64,000 nt of DNA from Lama guanicoe (GCA_013239625.1 MU053652.1:1552001-1616000), one strand, 5' to 3'; counted from the first letter of the stretch, positions 23,746 to 36,694 are shown. Numbers and translations: made by a program. Notes: a model not told the origin generated them from the letters alone.

Positions 23746-25399
23746 GAATCAAGTCTCATCATGAGACCCCAAAGATCACCAGTTACCTTTATGTGGATTT
23801 TTTTTTTTGAACCCAGGATTTGAGCTGGGACCTCAGGCCCACGCTCTTTGGGCATCACTGATGCAGCCTGGGTGGGGCAGGCGTGAGCGGTGGGGGCGAG
23901 GGGAGGTGACCGCCAGCCAGCCCCCGCTCGCTAATCCATATTCCGTAACAGCCCCCGATGCATGTCAGGCGTGCGGTGAACGGCCTCACCAGGCAGATCA
24001 CAGGGCCCACCGATTTTATCTTGTTTAAAATTGAGCCTAAACAAAACAGATAAGCGCTGTATCATCTCCACGAATTAATGCACAGTTTATCTTCCAAGAG
24101 GTTTGCAGTGGTGTCGTTTGTGTCACTGTAAACATATGTTGGGTGGGTCACTCTTTCTAATTTAATTTGCTTCCAAATGTGTGTGTAGCTGGGACCTCCC
24201 CTAAACCAAGTAATCTGGAATAACAGCATCGAGGGAGTGAAGTGATACACGTGGCAAACCAAGGTCTTGGGGTGTGTGGGTGTGGGTGTGTGTGGGTGTG
24301 TGTGTTTTCTCCAAAGGAAGAAAAAAGGACGTGTAGGAGGTTTATTTTTGATTAAATGCCTTAGCCTTGCTTTGGTATTTATCTTCCTGTGGCAGCCCCT
24401 GATCCAGTCACAATGTGTAATTCCATTAGCATTATCTCTCAATTCATTTGAGAGGGCCTTCAGCCTGGACAGCAGCAGCATAAAGGGCGACAGTGTTCGG
24501 GAGGCTTATTTCTTATTTCTTCTGCAAGTTTATTCCTTTATCGGCAGTTCGTTTAAAGGGAGCTAAAGGGGAGCCGGTCAAATCGTTAAGTGAGAATTTA
24601 CCGTGGGTTTTTTTTTTAAGGCAAACCCAAAAGCTTTGAGGGAGAGAGGGTGCAGGAAAGGTTAAATTAAACAAATGAACAATGCCTGCACGGCCAGCAA
24701 AACTGATAGCAGCAGATAATATTTAAGGACCTCATATTTATAAAAGAGGCTCTGTCTTTGTGCTTTTAATGAGAAGAGTGATTTCGATCGGGTGTCAGAA
24801 CTCCTGGGTGTAGTCTAGCTGAGCCACTGCGTGACCTTGTGACTCTGTTTCTCTGCCTGTGCCCACTGCAGAGGTGATGCTGGGAGATCTTCCTAAAGTG
24901 CTCCGAGTCCCTGCAGAGAGAGATGAGGGCGGATGAAAAGGAGATACAGGCACTTCTCATTTGTCCTTGCTAATGGGAGGCAGGGTTCACAGGAGGAGAT
25001 GAATTGCACCGAAAATCCCCAATCCTGCTTTTGAGTTTTAACCCTCCCCTCCCACAGGGGCCTTTCTCTTCATGTGCCGCAGGTCCCATGCCCGGCTTGC
25101 TTGGCCTCCCCTCCTCCTTACCTCTGCTCACCCCTTCACAGAAGTGCCCACCTGCCCAAAGAGAAGAAGATGCCAGGGGGTAGGGGAAGCGACATGGTGC
25201 CGGCTCCTGGGAGCTGCTTGTGTGGCGCCCTGCTTGTAATCCTGTTTTCTGGGAGAAGGATTTGAGATGGCAAAAGAGTACATGACATGCAGCATTTTGA
25301 GAATGGAGCTGGGAGCAACTGTGACAGATGCCTGCTCGTGCCATTAAAAATCGCAATCCTACTGCATCCGAAAGGCAGCTCGGGGACCAGCCTTTTTTT

Positions 25400-25865
25400 G
25401 AGGCTCACTATATGCCCAGTCCTGTGCTAAGTACTTTACATGCATTATGTTCTTTAAAAAGTGTTTCCAGACTGTTTATTTTAAAAACCTGGAGCCTTAT
25501 CAGTCAATTTTTTGAGTACTCCCAACATATGTACATTTATTTATGTATAAGCTATATATATGCTATTGTAATGTATTATGTATAATACATGCACAACTGT
25601 ACATATTTTTAAAGACTGAGGAAAATAAACAGAAATAGAAGTTACTATAGTACTTTCTCTCCACATTCCCATAGAGTCTTAGGACTACCCTAAGTGCTCA
25701 CAACCCACTCTGACAGTTTCAGCTCCTCACCTGGCAAGTAAGTGTTGTCACTTCCATTTTATAGATGAAGAAACTGTGGCTGAGATGGTTTTAGTCATTT
25801 CCCCAGGGCTGAGACTGTAACCCATGTCTTCTGATTCTAAATCCGGGGTCTTTTCATAACTCTGC
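25400..25865 (-). mobile_element. MIR SINE split by a hAT element
   Basis: CACTATATGCCCAGTCCTGTGCTAAGTACTTTACATGCATTA ... CCATTTTATAGATGAAGAAACTGTGGCT. Confidence 0.7.
25459..25722 (-). mobile_element. hAT-Charlie non-autonomous element (Charlie18a-like)
   Basis: TTTTTGAGTACTCCCAACATATGTACATTTATTTAT...AAATAGAAGTT, the reverse complement of the family seen at 787-1082. Confidence 0.55.
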
Positions 25866-25959
25866 ACTCCCTCCTTCTCCCCTCACAGCCCTGCGTTCCT
25901 AGGACCCACTCCTTTTCCCTCCTCCTTCTGTTTCTGCATTGATGGAATCTGCAGAGGAG

Positions 25960-26429
25960 ACTCTTTGAATCTTGATTAGTCCAAATCATTGTTCTTCTTT
26001 GCTAGGCATTCATTTTTCCAAACACCCTTGCAGCCTAGAGTGGCCATGTGCCGCAGTTCTGGCCAGTGAGACATACAGGAGCATCCTGAGAGGTTCCACT
26101 TGCTATTAGAAGGGAGAGCCACTGCAGAAGAACTTTCTGGAAGGCACTATTTCTTCTCCTTTCTTCGAATCTTGAATGTGATTATGTGGAGGGGATGCTT
26201 GGAGCTGAGGCCAGACCTCTTATGGCCATAAGGAAATAAGTCTTAAGGGCAAAAAACCAACTTGCTAAGAATGAGACACAGACAAAATAGAGACAGGGTC
26301 CTCGGTGAGTCCCTGCACTAGGCCAAGAACCACTTACCTCCAGGCTACTCATGTGAGATACTAGATGTTTTTGAAGCAGCTGGACGAGTATGTTGTTACT
26401 TGCAGACCAAAGCCTTCCTAACTGACACA
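25960..26429 (+). mobile_element. MaLR solo LTR (MLT1J/K-like)
   Basis: CCCTTGCAGCCTAGAGTGGCCATGTG...TTCTGGCCAGTGAGA; ends TTGTTACTTGCAG...CCTAACTGACACA. Confidence 0.65.
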
Positions 26430-26799
26430 GTCTCCGTTTCTGTGTCTCTAAGTGTCTTACATCCTCATTTCATCATTTTGTGAGTTTCCTTCTGGCTTTT
26501 GGTCTCATATTAACTTCTGTGGAATCAGGCTTTAGTCCATGTGATGGCATAAGAAGTCATGTGATCCAAAGACCTTTTTAGAGCTATGCATTATTTTCCT
26601 AACTCTTTCCTACTGTATTTTCCCCAGTGGTGTTATTATGTGTGTTTGTATGTTCTTTTTCTTTTGCTTGCAAAGTTCTGCTCGCTCTGAGTCTTTCATT
26701 GTTCCCCAAACTTGCCTTCTTTGGAAATGAGTATTTTTCTTCTCTGCATCCCACCTTAGGATCCTTGTATTGGCTGCCTCCTCTCCCCAGGTCTTCCCC

Positions 26800-27090
26800 T
26801 GGCTGGCTCCTTCTTGTCCTTCAAGCCTCGGCTGAGATGTTCTCATGTCAGAGAATCCTTTCCATCTGGAGACCCCTCAAAACACCATATTCTAATATTA
26901 TTCATAGAAAAACCGCTACCTGAAATTGCCTTGTTAATTTACTTAATTTATTCATTCTTGCCTTTATGCTCAATTCACACTGCACAAGAGCAAGGACCTA
27001 CTCCATCCTGAGCTCCGTCTTATCCCCAATACCTAGAACATGGGACCTAGGAGGAACTCGGAATATATTCATAAAATAAATGAATAAAAG
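26800..27090 (+). mobile_element. L2 LINE 3' end
   Basis: TATCCCCAATACCTAGAACA...TAGGAGGAACTCGGAATATATT...AATAAATGAAT. Confidence 0.55.
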
Positions 27091-28452
27091 AAAGAATGTA
27101 TAGGGGACTCCTTTTTACCTGTTAGATTGGCTGCTGACCAATCCGTTAATCACTGAATAAAGCCAGTAAGATCTTCAACATTAAAAAAAGAAAAAAAGAT
27201 GGATGGATATGAACTACCTGTTCATCTGAGTCTTTGGCTTGATTCCCTGGGGGAAATTTTCAGTACTTATGAAGCAGGGTTACTCAAAGGTAAAGTGATT
27301 AGCAACTCAGTACAAGTGCTAGGTAAATATTTTGCCATCATCAAATTTCTGTAATTTAAAATTCTAAACTTAGAAAAACATACATTGATGTTGTTATTAT
27401 TTCTCATTGAGATGAAACTTCTTTTAAAAATATGGTAACAGCAGTGGCACTATTAGTAAAAAATGAATGATTATAATTTGAGTATGGTGTTATGATCAGA
27501 ATAAAAAAGAATTGCTTTCTGAATTGACACTCTCCTTATAATCCACTACTACTTAGCGAATACTTATATCTTAGCATCAATAACATATTAGTGTACTTTT
27601 TTGTTTACTGTGTTGTCCCCCATTCACCTGAAAACCCCTAAGGCAGGAACTGTGCCTGAAACGGCTTTGATCCACAGCACAGTGACATACGGCCAGCACT
27701 TCATAAATGTTTTTTGAATGGGTGATCCTAAACATGATATGAATTACAGAGTATCCCCTTGGCAGAGTTAACTCTACAATTACAATGAAATAAAAAAAGA
27801 AAAACATTTATAGTCTCATGAAAATCTGTGATATCTGGTTTTGGTCTTTGGAAGAAATCTTTATTGTTGTTACCATCATTATCACTTCACTCTTTCTTTC
27901 TTTGTTAAGATGTATTCTCTCTTCCTGTAGTTTTATGCCTGAATAAGCATGACGAATCAGGAAGAGAAATTATGACCAGGCCTGAAAGGTGTTGACGAAA
28001 TCACTGGAGAGGAAGAGATAGGATGCTTCACTTTTATTTACAGAAGAAAATGATGAGGTGTCAATAACACTGTTACTATGGGAGGAAGCATAATTAGACA
28101 GAGGGACAGATGGAAACTTTTGAACTCCTGCAGAAGCAGCAAGCTCACATTCCTTTACCGAGAAGTGCATTTGATGATGGAATAATTTCCTTCGGAGGGA
28201 GATGAGAATGCCGTTGTTCAGGTTATTTAAGACAAATTTAGAGGATGAAGGAGCAGTCATTATGTATAGCCTGTTGGATGTCCACAGTGTAGTTAGATGT
28301 AGGACAAAAGCCTGTCCAGCCCCCAGGGTTATAGTCCATGGGACAAGATAACACAAGTTAACTTCGAGCCCATTACCTGCAACTTCTCTGAAACACTAGG
28401 ATCCTTGGCCTGGTTGTCAAGTCCTTAGTAGCTGTAGAAAGCTTCTGAGGTT

Positions 28453-28740
28453 AAAAAACAGACTTACAGACATAGAAAACAAACTATGGTTACCAAAGGG
28501 GAAAGGGCAGGGAGGGATGAATCAGGGGTTGGAGATTAACAGACACACATTACTATATACAAAATAGATAAACAACAAGGACCCTACTGTGTAGCATGGG
28601 GAACTATATTCCATTTCTTGTAATAACATATATGGAAGAGAATCTGAAAAGAAAAAAATATGTATGTTATATATGCATAACTGAATCCCTTTGCTATATA
28701 TCTGAAACTAACATTGTAAATTAATTGCACTTCAAAATAA
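28453..28740 (+). mobile_element. L1 3' UTR fragment (cetartiodactyl type)
   Basis: ACAGACTTACAGACATAGAAAACAAACTATGGTTACCAAAGGGGAAAGG...ATAGATAAACAACAAGGACC...ACATTGTAAATTAA. Confidence 0.88.
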
Positions 28741-29542
28741 GCATCTCCCCACTGGAGTAGGAAGAGACTAGGGAAATGGCAGAGAAAAGCAATCCGGGCC
28801 CCCAAGAAGAAAGACTGGGGACTCGGGGAGCAAGGAATGGGTTGGGGAAGTAGTTTGAAAGCCAAAGAAAAAAAAATGAAAACTCAGAACCCTGGATTTT
28901 ATGAGTATTCAATGAACGAATGATAAGGCAAATGGTTCCACACAGGCCTTCGCTGAGCGAAGGATGGTATACATGGTGAATGAGGTGTGCCGTGCAGAGC
29001 AAGGGACATGCAGGGTTTAATTCAGCTCTGTGTCTACTCATTCCCTTCATCTCACTCTTTGACCGACTATGTGTCTGACTTCATCCTTGACTCCTCTCCT
29101 TGGTGATGGTCTTGGGAGGGACGTTGGTTATCTTCTCTACATATTACCCCAAAGCATTCCAGTTTAATTCAGTAAACATTTACAGAGTCAAAGCTAAGCC
29201 CGTGGCACTGTGGAGGATACAACAGTAAACACAAAACAAATCTTGGACCCATAGTAACATCAGAGTTCATTTCATACAAACTCCAGTCGTCACCTAAGCA
29301 TCACTGACTTCCTGTCTGAATGCATCGTGACAGAGAACTCACTACCACCCAAGAGAATCTATTCTGTCTTTAGAGACCTCTATTAGCCTGACATTCTTTA
29401 TATTGGACCATAATATCTCTACATGAGATGAATTCTATTCATTGATCCTACTTTAGTATCTTGAAGTTATGGAGCTAATTCAGCAACTCTTCTCCTTGCT
29501 AGCTCTTCAGATATTTGAAGCCGTCATATTCGCATGAGTCTT

Positions 29543-30824
29543 TCTTTTTTTTTAAACATTTTTTATTGAGTTATAGTCATTTTACAATGTGTCAATTTTC
29601 AGTGTAGAGCACAATTTTTCAGTTATACATAAACATACATATATTCATTGTCACATTTTTTTTCTGCTGTGAGATCCACCACAAGATCTTGTATATATTT
29701 CCCTGTGCTATACAGTATAATCTTGTTTATCTATTCTACATATGCCTGTCAATATCTACAAATTTCGAACTCCCAGTCTGTCCCTTCCCACCCCCCACCC
29801 CCTTGGCAACCACAAGTTTGTATTCTGTGTGTATGAGTCTGCTTCTGTTTCGTATTTATGTTTTGTTTTGTTTTGTTTTNNNNNNNNNNNNNNNNNNNNN
29901 NNNNNNNNNNNNNNNNNNNNNNNNNNNNNNNNNNNNNNNNNNNNNNNNNNNNNNNNNNNNNNNNNNNNNNNNNNNNNNNNNNNNNNNNNNNNNNNNNNNN
30001 NNNNNNNNNNNNNNNNNNNNNNNNNNNNNNNNNNNNNNNNNNNNNNNNNNNNNNNNNNNNNNNNNNNNNNNNNNNNNNNNNNNNNNNNNNNNNNNNNNNN
30101 NNNNNNNNNNNNNNNNNNNNNNNNNNNNNNNNNNNNNNNNNNNNNNNNNNNNNNNNNNNNNNNNNNNNNNNNNNNNNNNNNNNNNNNNNNNNNNNNNNNN
30201 NNNNNNNNNNNNNNNNNNNNNNNNNNNNNNNNNNNNNNNNNNNNNNNNNNNNNNNNNNNNNNNNNNNNNNNNNNNNNNNNNNNNNNNNNNNNNNNNNNNN
30301 NNNNNNNNNNNNNNNNNNNNNNNNNNNNNNNNNNNNNNNNNNNNNNNNNNNNNNNNNNNNNNNNNNNNNNNNNNNNNNNNNNNNNNNNNATAGGTTGTCA
30401 TTTTGTTTTACTTATGGTTTCCTTTGCTGTGCAGAAGCTTGTAAGTTTAATTAGGTCCCATTTGTTTATTCTTGCTTTTATTTCTATTGCTTGGGTAGAC
30501 TGCCCTAGGAGAACATTTTTGAGATGTATGTCAGATAATGTTTTGCCTATATTTTCTTCTAGGAGGTTTATTGTATCTTGTCTTACGTTTAAGTCTTTGA
30601 TCCATTTTGAGTTGATTTTTGTGTATGGTGTAAGGGAGTGTTCCAGCTTCACTGATTTACATGCTGCTGTCCAGTTTTCCCAACACCATTTGCTGAAGAG
30701 ACTGCCCTTATTCCATTGTATATTCTCGCCTCCTTTGTCGAAGATTAGTTGACTAAAAGTTTGTGGGTTCATTTCTTGGCTCTCTATTCTGTTCCATTGG
30801 TCCATATGTCTGTTTTTGTTCCAG
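29543..30824 (-). mobile_element. Young 5'-truncated L1 (ORF2 C-terminal part plus 3' UTR), spanning an assembly gap
   Basis: ORF 30398-30805 translates to L1 ORF2p (DQWNRIE...LIFDK...KWCWENW...[15 protein letters not shown]...[15 protein letters not shown]). 3' UTR and poly(A) at 29543-29879; TSD TGAGTCTT at 29535-29542 and 30825-30832. Confidence 0.93.
29880..30390. other. Assembly gap (511 N)
   Basis: Run of N. Confidence 1.
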
Positions 30825-32879
30825 TGAGTCTTACTTTCTTGAAGCTGGACATCACCAGCTCCTTTGGTTGTTCCAAATATAACAGAATTTTAAGTCCCTT
30901 TTGGACTTGGCCACTTAAAGTATGGGGCCTGGAGGCATATGCAATAATCTAGGTATGGTATAGCTGTCTCGAAGTAGAGCAGGACTAGCACTGCTCTCTT
31001 TGGGGCTCCATTCTCTAATAATATAGCTTGTGATTCCATTGACTTTGGCAGCTTCTCAGTGCTGATTCACAGAGATAGCTCACTGTCAACTTCAGCTTAT
31101 ATTTTAAAGAAAATGTGGTCACATCGCTCTGATCCTGTATTTGCAAAGTTGTTTTCTGTAGCCATATATAGGACCTTGGTAGTATCCATATTATATCTCA
31201 TTTTGCTAAAAATTTCCCCATAATTTCAGCATGCAAAATTATTTTTGAATTCTGAAAGTCTGTTTTATGTCGCTAGGCTTTGATCATGTGCTTGTAGCCT
31301 GAACAAAACAGGGTCTTCTTGATTCTGCCTTAAGATCCATCCCAACTTGATGATATATCCAAAAGAAATGGAAAATCAACCTTTTCAAAGCATTAAAAAA
31401 TTACAAATTTTATACTGACGGTCTCTTGAGGAGGCATCAAAAGAAGGAATTACATCATACACTCTGAGAGACTTTCTAAAATCCCTTCTTTTTGTGACTG
31501 ATGATCATGTCCCTCCAGGGTCACCATCCTCACAGCCTTCCTCCCACCTGGCCACTCTCATCCTGACGCCCCCTTCCCTCCTAGGCTGCTGCTCCATTCC
31601 TTCCCCTTTGCCAAATCCTTTTTTTTCCCCAGGAGAGTTCCATATATTTCCAAATGTGGGTCAGCTCAGCTTTTCTCACTTTTTCATTTCTCAGCATGGT
31701 GCCCCAGGTCCACATCAAAATGCCTTACTCACACCCAAAATGCCCAATATTATGCAAAGGTTTCTTTCTCCTTAGAAGAGAGAAAGGTTGTGAATACTTA
31801 TATTTAACACTTTTTAATTGCAGTCATAGACAACGTTGATGTCAGTATCTCTTCCATCTTTATCCATGTTATGATTAAATCTGTTGAACAGGGTTCGTTC
31901 GAGAACAAGCTCTGATACAGATCCCAAGAAAACCTTCCTCCACGTCGTCTTGATGCCTTCAGGAACATCTCTGAGGTTTTACCCTTCAGTCAGTTCATCC
32001 ATCCAGCCTTACCCCATGTTCTACAGGGGTTTTATTAAAGAGCCCTTGATGCAATTCAGATATTCTCTCTTAGATTTCCTTGATTTGAGAGCCTCACCAC
32101 CTTGTTGAATTAAGGGATGAGACCAGCCTGCTAGGACTTGTTCCTGGCAACGCCCACCTTATTCCTAGTGCTCAGCATATCATGTTCTAAATAATCACAT
32201 GTCTACCCTTTCCTGAGCCAGGGGCAGTCTCTGGGCCCAGCTCATTTGTTTATAGTTTTCAGAACTTATATTATTTTCACTTTTTACAAAACTGCCATGA
32301 GGTTTGCCTGTCTCTAGTCCTTCACCTCTCCCTACACAGTTCCTTATAAGATTAATAGCTCGGCATGGAGATTTTACCTGTTAATATCTAAGTGCTTCCT
32401 GGCATCAACATATACGTAGCCTGTACCATTTCTGGATTCTAGTGTCCATGAGTTTACTGACCCCAGTGTAGAAGAATTACTGCCTTTGACTTGATCTAAA
32501 GTTACTTGCTTTAACCTGGAAGGGAGGTTCTGGTTCATTCCTGGAATCTCCCTCTAATCAATTAGTGCCAAACAGAAGTCCTCAGGCCAAGTAGGACCCT
32601 GGCTGGTCTTTAGGAAATGAGAGATGAGAACTCCTTCTCTGGGATGTTTACCCCACTGTGTTGGGCAGACAGGCTGCTCTGTGACCTTCATGCGGAGCCC
32701 ACAGAAGGGGAGCAAGATGGAGCAGATAGTCAGAAAGTAGAACAAAAGCAAGCTTGACTGTGATACAGATGGGGTGGAGGAGTGGTTGGCTGGATTCGAG
32801 AAGAGCGAGTGGTGTGATGAAGATGCTTTTAGCAGCAGTATTTTTTGGTTCCTTTTTAACTAGCTTTCTTTTTAAAAAA

Positions 32880-33205
32880 AATGGAGAATGCAATACTTGT
32901 GCAGCGTAAAATGTCAAAAAAAAAACCATAAAGGGTATTCAATGAAACAATAAAACATATATCATCCTGGCTCCCACTCTGGGGTTTCTGCTGGTCAGTG
33001 TTTCTGTAGCCTTCCAAAATGTTCTGGGTATATATAAAACTATATAAATATGTATGCGCTATTCTCTCTATTAAGAAGTATGCAAACATACATACAAATA
33101 CCTTTCTGCACTTTTTTTTTCAGTGCATAGATTACATAGATCTCCCTCATTTGTTCAAGATCTGCACTGTGTTCTATTGCATGGGGGTACCTTAATTTTA
33201 AAAGC
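32880..33205 (-). mobile_element. Old L1 3' fragment (L1ME-like)
   Basis: AGTGTTTCTGTAGCCTTCCAAAATGTTCT...TACATAGATCTCCCTCATTTG...GTTCTATTGCATGG resembles antisense L1ME 3' UTR. Confidence 0.4.
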
Positions 33206-34762
33206 AGTGCTTTGAGGGAATGAAAATAAAATTGTCCCCAAACCCAGAGTATTCACCTTAAATTTGAAGTGGAGGGAGTAAATGACACAGGTGTTAACAG
33301 GCTCACAGTTCAGATTCCTGGGTCACCCGAGGCATGTCACTTCAACATCCCTCGCCTCAGTTTGTCTAGCAGGGAAAGGAAATCACTCTCCTTAATTCCA
33401 GTGTCAAAAAATACGAGCCAACGCTCCTTAGACACAGGACTTGGGGAGAAACAGCATCTAGAAAGGGTCTGTCTTAACAGTTTCTCCTCATCAAGAGGTG
33501 GGGTGTGGGCAGAAGGGAACCCTCGCTGTGGCCACAGTGACACTACATTGGGCTGATGTGGGTGTTGTGTTTGCTGGGTGCCCACGGACAGTCAGCTGAG
33601 CCCCCGAGCAGGCCTGGTCTGCAGGGACCCGCCTGATCTTGGCCCTCGCTGGCCCTGCCCCGAGGCATGCTCGGAAGGGCCTAACAACTGGCCGTCCACA
33701 AAAGTAAAAGGCCTGGTGTGCGGTGTGTGCTGATCCCCGGGGTGTAAAGCTCTTGGCCAGGGCTGATTTCCGGCTCTCAGCGTGGTGTCACGGAATGCAG
33801 AGTGGGGGAGAGATGCCCACGGCGGGGCCTCCCCAGCTCATAACTATCACACACACCACTGTGGTCCTGGGGCTGTGAGGGGACTCCAGAAGGGACACCC
33901 AGGGTTTGCAAAGCCTGCAGACAGAAGTGCTTTGGGAGGAAGCGCTTTAAAAACAGAGGAAGGAGAAGGGGCCCGAAAGAGAATGAAGGGAGAGGTCAAG
34001 CAGGAAAGAGGTCACCTTGGATCTGTGCACTGTCCCCGGCAACTCCCTGAGTCTGTGGCTGGCTTTCTGCGCTTAGCATCAGCCCCTCTCCCTTCTTATT
34101 ATTCCTTGTGGCCTCTTTCCTTCCTTCCTTTCCTCCTACCCCTTGTCATGCCTCTTGCCCCGCCTGACGACCCTTAGGCACTGCTTGTGGCCGAGGATGG
34201 CTGCTGAGGGCCGAGGAGATTCCTGGAAGCCCGTGACAAGTGATGTGAGTCCTCACAGGACACTGTGTGGAGGGGAAAGTGCACTCTTGGCTCCCAGCTG
34301 CTCCTTGTCTCCCATCTCTTCTTGGTGTGCCTTCCTACCGTCAACAAGATGAGGCCTGCCCTGCAGTTTGGGAGGCTCCCTGTGAAGGCAGGTGCTGGAC
34401 AGCTTGTTAATAAACAGGATCCAGCCCCGCTGCGTGCGTGCGTGCGTCTGGGCTGGGTGTTCCGGAGGCTAACCCTCTAGGACTGACCACACCCACTTCG
34501 AGTGTGCTGTGCCTTCCAGCCCCCTGGCTGGGTTTTCTCCTTTCCACCTGACAGGTGCGTTGCGGGGCTTGACCCTGGAGCTCTGAAGGCGGTTCCTGGC
34601 AGGGCACGTCCTGGTGCCCGGTCCTGCCAAGTATAGCCAGTATCCTGCATCAAGCATGCCCCCCTCTGTCCTTCTTATTCTGAAGACAAGTGGGCTCAAA
34701 TAATAGGAGCAAGAAGCTAATGAGGCCAAGGTCAGGGGAACGATTCCCGCTCTGTGAGTCAC

Positions 34763-35215
34763 TGTATTATTAGTTATCTACAGCTGCATAACAAGGCACC
34801 TCCAACCACACCTTGTTTCTGCTCCATGAGGTCTGGGACCTCAGCTGGAAGATTCAGAGCTGGAATCGTCTGAAGACTTGACTGAAGCTGGAGGATCCAC
34901 TTCCAAGGTGGCTCGCTCCCGGGGTGCCAAATTGTGCTGCTCTGGGTGAGAAACCTCAGTTTCTCTCCTCAAGGCTGCTTGAGCGTCCTCACCACATGGT
35001 GGCTCATGTCCCCCAGGGTGAGTGGTCCAGGAGACCAAGCTGGAAGCTGCAGTGTCTTTTACGACCCAGCCTCAGAAGTCACACACTGTCATTTCTACAA
35101 TAATCTCTTCTTGGTCACCGAGGTCAGCGCTGAATCAGGAAGGGAGGGGATTCAGGGGGGCATGGATACCAGTTGGCAAGAATCATTAGGGCCATTTTGG
35201 AGGCTGGCTGTCACA
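34763..35215 (-). mobile_element. MaLR solo LTR, MLT1F-like
   Basis: TG...CA termini with perfect 5-bp TSD GTCAC (34758-34762 / 35216-35220); GCTGGAGGATCCACTTCCAAGGTGGCTC and CCAGCCTCAGAAGTCACACACTGTCATTTC. Confidence 0.88.
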
Positions 35216-36694
35216 GTCACTGAGAAGATGACACTCAGACCACCAGGCAATTATCTTGAAAATGGGCGTTACCAGATAAGGTACTTAACCCATTAGCACA
35301 AACCCACCTGCGTTACAAAGAACATAACTGAGGCCTTTGTGCTCTTTGGACCCCAGTGAGAGGGGCGAAGGGACTTGCTTAAGCTACTTGGCAGGTGAAG
35401 AGGCAGAGGCAAGTTGGGGCCTTCTTGTGGAAGATATGCTAAGGGGCCTGACCCAGGAACTCTGAAGGGAGTTCCTGGCAAGATTGGAATTAAAATTCAG
35501 GTGTGCTATAGGACCTCATGCCTCCTGGGACTGAACCCCCAAGAAGGGTCACAGGAGTGTTTACATTTTCTTGTTGTAGGAAATACAGAGCTGGCCAGAG
35601 CTGGGACTCTGCTGTTCGTGGTCAATTAAGTTAGGTCATATTCCACATCCCCAGCCCCCAGCCCCCAGCCCCGCATCCTCCAACTTCTGGTTCCTGCAGT
35701 TAAAAAGACAAGTTCGTTCATTAGCTGGAAGAGAAGGAAGAATTCTGGAGAGAGGTGGTAGATGAAAGGGCCTGGGGGTTAAGTTGGACACGAGAGGCAT
35801 AGGAGCTGCTTCAGGGCCCAAATGGCCAAGATCCACAGTGTGTGAGTGGGGGCAGGGGGCAAACATCCTCCCCGCCTTGGCACCCGACCCCTGGTGTGGC
35901 CTGGGAAGCCACAGCAGAGCGCGGGCTGGGCCTTGTCCAGCAGTGTAGGTGGGTGGAAGCGATGCAGAGATGTCCTCCCTTCCATCAAGTGGCTTGTGGG
36001 CAGTGGACGTCCATGATGAGACCTGCAGATAATAACATGATCAGACTTGCTCCTAAGCACAACCACCCTTGAGGGGCTCTGACATAATAGGGGGAGACAG
36101 GGAGGGGGCTGTCATTGGAGGCCAAGTCCCCATGGTCAGGATAAGGCTGGGAGATGAGATTCAGGTGGTAGATCTCTGTGTACTCGCTAGCACACTGTCT
36201 GGAGAAGGCTGGGACAGTTTGAATCTGCTCACAACACCCAGCCACCAGGGTCAGACTACAATGAGGTGGTGACACAGGGATGCTCCTCCCCCGCCGTCCT
36301 CCAGGGCAGTCAGTTCTCTGTCTTGTTTTACTGTTTGATGGCCTGGAGTCTTGGAAATAGAACCCTTGAGTTAGAAGCTGACTTAACCCCTTAGGAAACA
36401 GGAAAGAATAAATTTGTCTCAATGGACTGAGAATCTTGAGAGCTGTTGTTGATCCCTCCAAATGGCAGCTTTCAGGAGGATGCAGATTGAAGTCTGCTGG
36501 AGTGTGTGGTGGACATCTGGTGACACACCTGGAAATCAGGGGTCATTGAGGAGCTGGGGCCCTTCCTTTTATCTGGAACCCTTCCCTCCTTCCCGTATCC
36601 AGTGCAGTGTCACAGCGGAAGACTTTCCTCCCCGTCTCATCTCTTTTTCCTCCCAGTCTCTGTTGAGTTGGGATAGTGTTGATATTTCTACTCT

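Larger units (their letters stand above)
29300..32250 (-). mobile_element. CR1/L3 LINE relic in several pieces, interrupted by a young L1
   Basis: GTGACAGAGAACTCACTACCACCCAAG and CTTCAGATATTTGAAG (L3 3' region), continuing after 30832. The minus-strand translation near 32115-32160 gives RNKS*QAGLIP, resembling the CR1 RT motif KNKSCQTNLIS. Confidence 0.6.

Noticed and set aside
28150..28260. Possible + strand CR1/L3 3' fragment
   Set aside because: Similarity is too weak to support by eye.
29689..30752. Long ORFs of 181-336 aa around 29.7-30.7 kb
   Set aside because: Artefacts of translating through the N gap.
30398..30805. 135-aa ORF as a functional CDS
   Set aside because: Fragment of L1 ORF2 in a 5'-truncated copy with a premature stop.
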